Shown piece by piece: positions 60,551 through 64,000 of a stretch of DNA of 64,000 nucleotides (its first letter is position 1; each line of letters begins with the position of its first letter). The translations under genes were made by a program, and so were the position numbers. A model generated the notes under the pieces. That model had not been told where the DNA came from, made no database searches, and worked only from the letters and a program-made list of their open reading frames with translations. Source of the stretch: the human T2T-CHM13v2.0 reference genome, Homo sapiens; NCBI RefSeq assembly GCF_009914755.1, contig NC_060929.1. The stretch is one strand, 5' to 3'.

Positions 60551-62418
60551 AGAGTAATTCTTTGTGTATAACTTTGGCCATGTCATTGAACTTGATTGCG
60601 TTTTCGGTTTCTTATTTGAAAAATGAAGGTTTTGATACTGGCTCCCTATCATGATAAATAGCAACCGTCTCATAATTGATGAAAAATTGAGTCACCCTGT
60701 TGAATTCTAAAATGAAAGGTGCTTTAATGGTGTGAGCCCTGCCAAAAGCTACATCCAAAGAAAAAACACTGCTGGCTTGGCACTGAGCTCAGCTCTGTGC
60801 ATGCAAATAGATAATAAGAGTCCTTTAATTATGTTTTGCTTTGTGATGAAATCGCAATTTAATTTTTCTGTAAATCAGAACTTGATTCCTGTAAAGTGGA
60901 ATTGTGAGCTTCATTCACTGGTCTTCTATCTGCCTGGCCTGGATGAGTCAGCAGGCCCAAATGGGTTAAGTCCATTATATTCCAGCACACAGATAAAGAT
61001 GTTGCTCTTTAAAAGATCATTACTCAGAAAACCAAAATAATTTGCCCCATTACCTTGTTTAAAAAGAACTAGCTTTATTTTAGACTGAGATTTATCTGCA
61101 TAGACGTTTCTAGCCTTATGTATTGTGTATGCCGAGCTAATCTGATTTTGCCAAGAGTCATTTGTGAATTTCTCTGTGAACTGCTGATTATTACACACAG
61201 CTTAGGGCCTGGTTCATTTTAAACCAGGTGAGTATGCAGCAAAAATGAGCCCCTGTGCAAGGGTTCATTTTAGTGTAGAAGCAGGTCCACACTTCACCAA
61301 GAAACGGCCTCCACAGTGAAAAAGAGGCTGAATTCAGTCCTCAGAGCCTCCTTGCCTTACTGTTTGTGACAGAGGCGCAGCTCTGTGGCCAAAGGTGCTG
61401 CCGATCTCCTCCCCGCTGCTGCCACGCGAATGATCAGGCAGTGTGGCAGCTCCCTCCCTCAGCCGGACACTGCCATTCCCCACCTGGCCTTTATGACCCT
61501 TGTGAAAAGAAGCCCTGAGCTGGACCGCCCTGCCCACTGGAGAGACTGATCCATCACCTAAGATTGTGTGCTCGCCCCTGAGGAAGAGCTGTGGGCGACA
61601 GCTACTTCAGTCTCTGGCATCTCAGCCTCCCAGCCAATTAACTCTGGGAGTTGTTGGCCAAGTAAATCAAAGGGCAGGAAACAGGCTAAAATTAGATGTG
61701 GAAGGGAGATAAAACCACAGCTCTTTTGAACTCAAAAGCATCCATTAACCCAATCGCACAAGGTATATATTTTTTGTTTCTGTTTTCTAACGATATTTTG
61801 CTTCAAACGACAGTTTGTATCAGGTAATAGTTCAGTTGATTATAAAGATTTGGGGCTTTAAAAATAGTTTTCCTTGACTGCTAGACTGGGAAATGAGAAG
61901 CCATGCTCCTGTGGGTTACTGTGGCTCAGGCTGATTTGTGAAGAGGATGGTGGGTGTGGTGAGAAAGTTTCATCTGCATTGATGGGAATGACATGTGAAA
62001 GTCCTGTGTGTAAAGGAAGGAGAAAAGATCTTTTCATGGGGAGTTGGAAGGTAGCAGGAAATTCTAAAGCCCCTTTTAACCACTGACAATCAAACATACT
62101 CGGTCTCCTCTCAGTTTAATTATAAGGCTGTCTTGAGGCCTGTTCATAAGATGTTGACAAAGTATTGTTTTTGTATTCTCCTGCTCATAACTGGGGTTTG
62201 GTCCCTCTCTCTCAGGTAGCTCATTCCAGGGAGGGGGCCCTTGGTTTTCTCCTCTTACCCAGCCTGTAGGGTGCCTCAGGCTCTGCAGCTGCAGCGACTC
62301 TGCACACGCCAGCACACGCCAGGGAACAAGGGAACAGTTCCCTCTGGTGACTTGTTACTCTCACTGTTTACTTTTGTAAATTCTCAAACTTTCTTTTTAT
62401 GTGTTAGTTCTCAGCTAA

Positions 62419-62716
<298 letters not shown>

Positions 62717-63829
62717 AGTTCTCAGATATTTGCAGGTGCCTCTCATTTACTCAGAACTCCTTATGAAGTAAGCAATACTGGCCCCATCTTGGAGGAGAAG
62801 GGAGAAGGGAGGCCAGGGCATAGAGAAGTTAAATGTATGATTCAATGCGGTGCAGCAGACAACAGTAGATCCAGGCATGGAACTTGAGGCTATCCCAGTC
62901 CAGTCCTCATCCCCACTGTCTACTTGTTTTTTCCTCCAAAAATCACTCTGTAGGTTGTAATTTTGGCACATTTTCCACCTCCAGTTAGATCTTCACTTCT
63001 AAAGCTAAGTGAGACCTGAGACCCATGTAGACACCCAAGAAGCTTGTGGAATCTGATGCATTTGGCTTAGACTTCTGACATGTGTGTTCATTCCAATATC
63101 ACATAATTCACATAATATTCTGCTTTCTTCTTTTTCCCAATTCAATTCAAATATTTCCAAGTCAAATTTCAGTGTAACTCCCACCTCTCCCTATGAAGCC
63201 TTCTCCAGACACTGCAACCTGCATGGATCTCTTTCTTCTTATGGTCGGGGGCCAATTTAGCATTTCATCATTCTTTTCTGATTTCATGGGGATGATGTAA
63301 TCTCTTCTATTTTCTTGAGGACAGGGACAGTATCTTCCTCTACTTTTGACTTTCCGGTGATAACTAGAACAGTACTAGGCAAATTAGGTGCTAGATGAGT
63401 TAGTTGGCCTTTTTAGTCTTTGGGATAATTTTTACATTGAAAGCAGTTTAGATATAAAAGGGCCAGTTGAAAAATGTGATCAAAGCTTCAACAGCCATAG
63501 GCCTATAGGCTGGATTAACCTGTCTCATTCATCTCAGATGCTCTATTTGCATTTCTGTGACCTTTCGATAATGATATTAAATCACGATGAAGCTTTGGGT
63601 CTTATCACAGTTCTCAGTTTCAACTTTTAGACATTGGAACTTTTTTTATTGTCATATTTCTTTATCATTCACCAAATAAGACTATATACATTAGTGCATT
63701 CCATAGTAGGGATACCAGAGTTGAACACAAATCCGTTATTCTGAGTCCAAAATGCCTTCCACTTCACCACTCAGAAAATCAGATTGACTAGAAAAATTCT
63801 ACAATCAAAATCTGGCTTGTATGGAAGAG

Positions 63830-64000
63830 TATGGGTATGTGGTGGGGAGATAAGAGAAGTTGGTTAATGGGTACAAACATACAGATAGATAGATAGATAG
63901 ATAGAAGGAATAAATTCTAATGTTTGATAGCAGAGTAGGGTGACCATAGTTAATGATAATATATTATATATTTCAAAATAGCTAGAAGAGAGGACTCAAT
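63830..64000 (+). mobile_element. L1MA-type 3'UTR fragment with an internal (GATA)n, running off the window
   Basis: ttggttaatgggtacaaacatacag(atag)n aaggaataaattct...tatatttcaaaatagctagaagagagga. Confidence 0.75.

Noticed and set aside
62301-62322. 10-bp direct repeat cacacgccag x2
   Set aside because: An ordinary micro-duplication with no further structure.

Overview
This is primate genomic DNA, most likely human or great ape because it carries an SVA element. I see no recognisable host protein-coding gene, RNA gene or CRISPR array; the window looks intronic or intergenic and is dominated by interspersed repeats (L1, Alu/FLAM/FAM, SVA, L2, MIR, MaLR LTRs, Tigger1, hAT MITEs). All long ORFs come from L1, the SVA VNTR, Tigger1 or low-complexity sequence. 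The notable content is retrotransposon architecture. (1) A twin-primed, 5'-inverted L1PA3/4-like element at 10.5-13.6 kb has intact TSDs and an uninterrupted RT-domain frame. (2) A four-level nest at 40-52 kb (L2 > L1PA7-like > antisense L1PA3/4-like > SVA) has an inner L1 that ends exactly at the L1 coordinate where it interrupts its host, with ~1.85 kb of host missing. (3) The two young L1 copies, ~34 kb apart and in inverted orientation, are near-identical in patches and share apparently non-consensus variants, suggesting gene conversion and a possible inversion substrate. I found no evidence of a new enzymatic or defence system. Subfamily names come from recalled consensus sequences and need RepeatMasker/Dfam confirmation.
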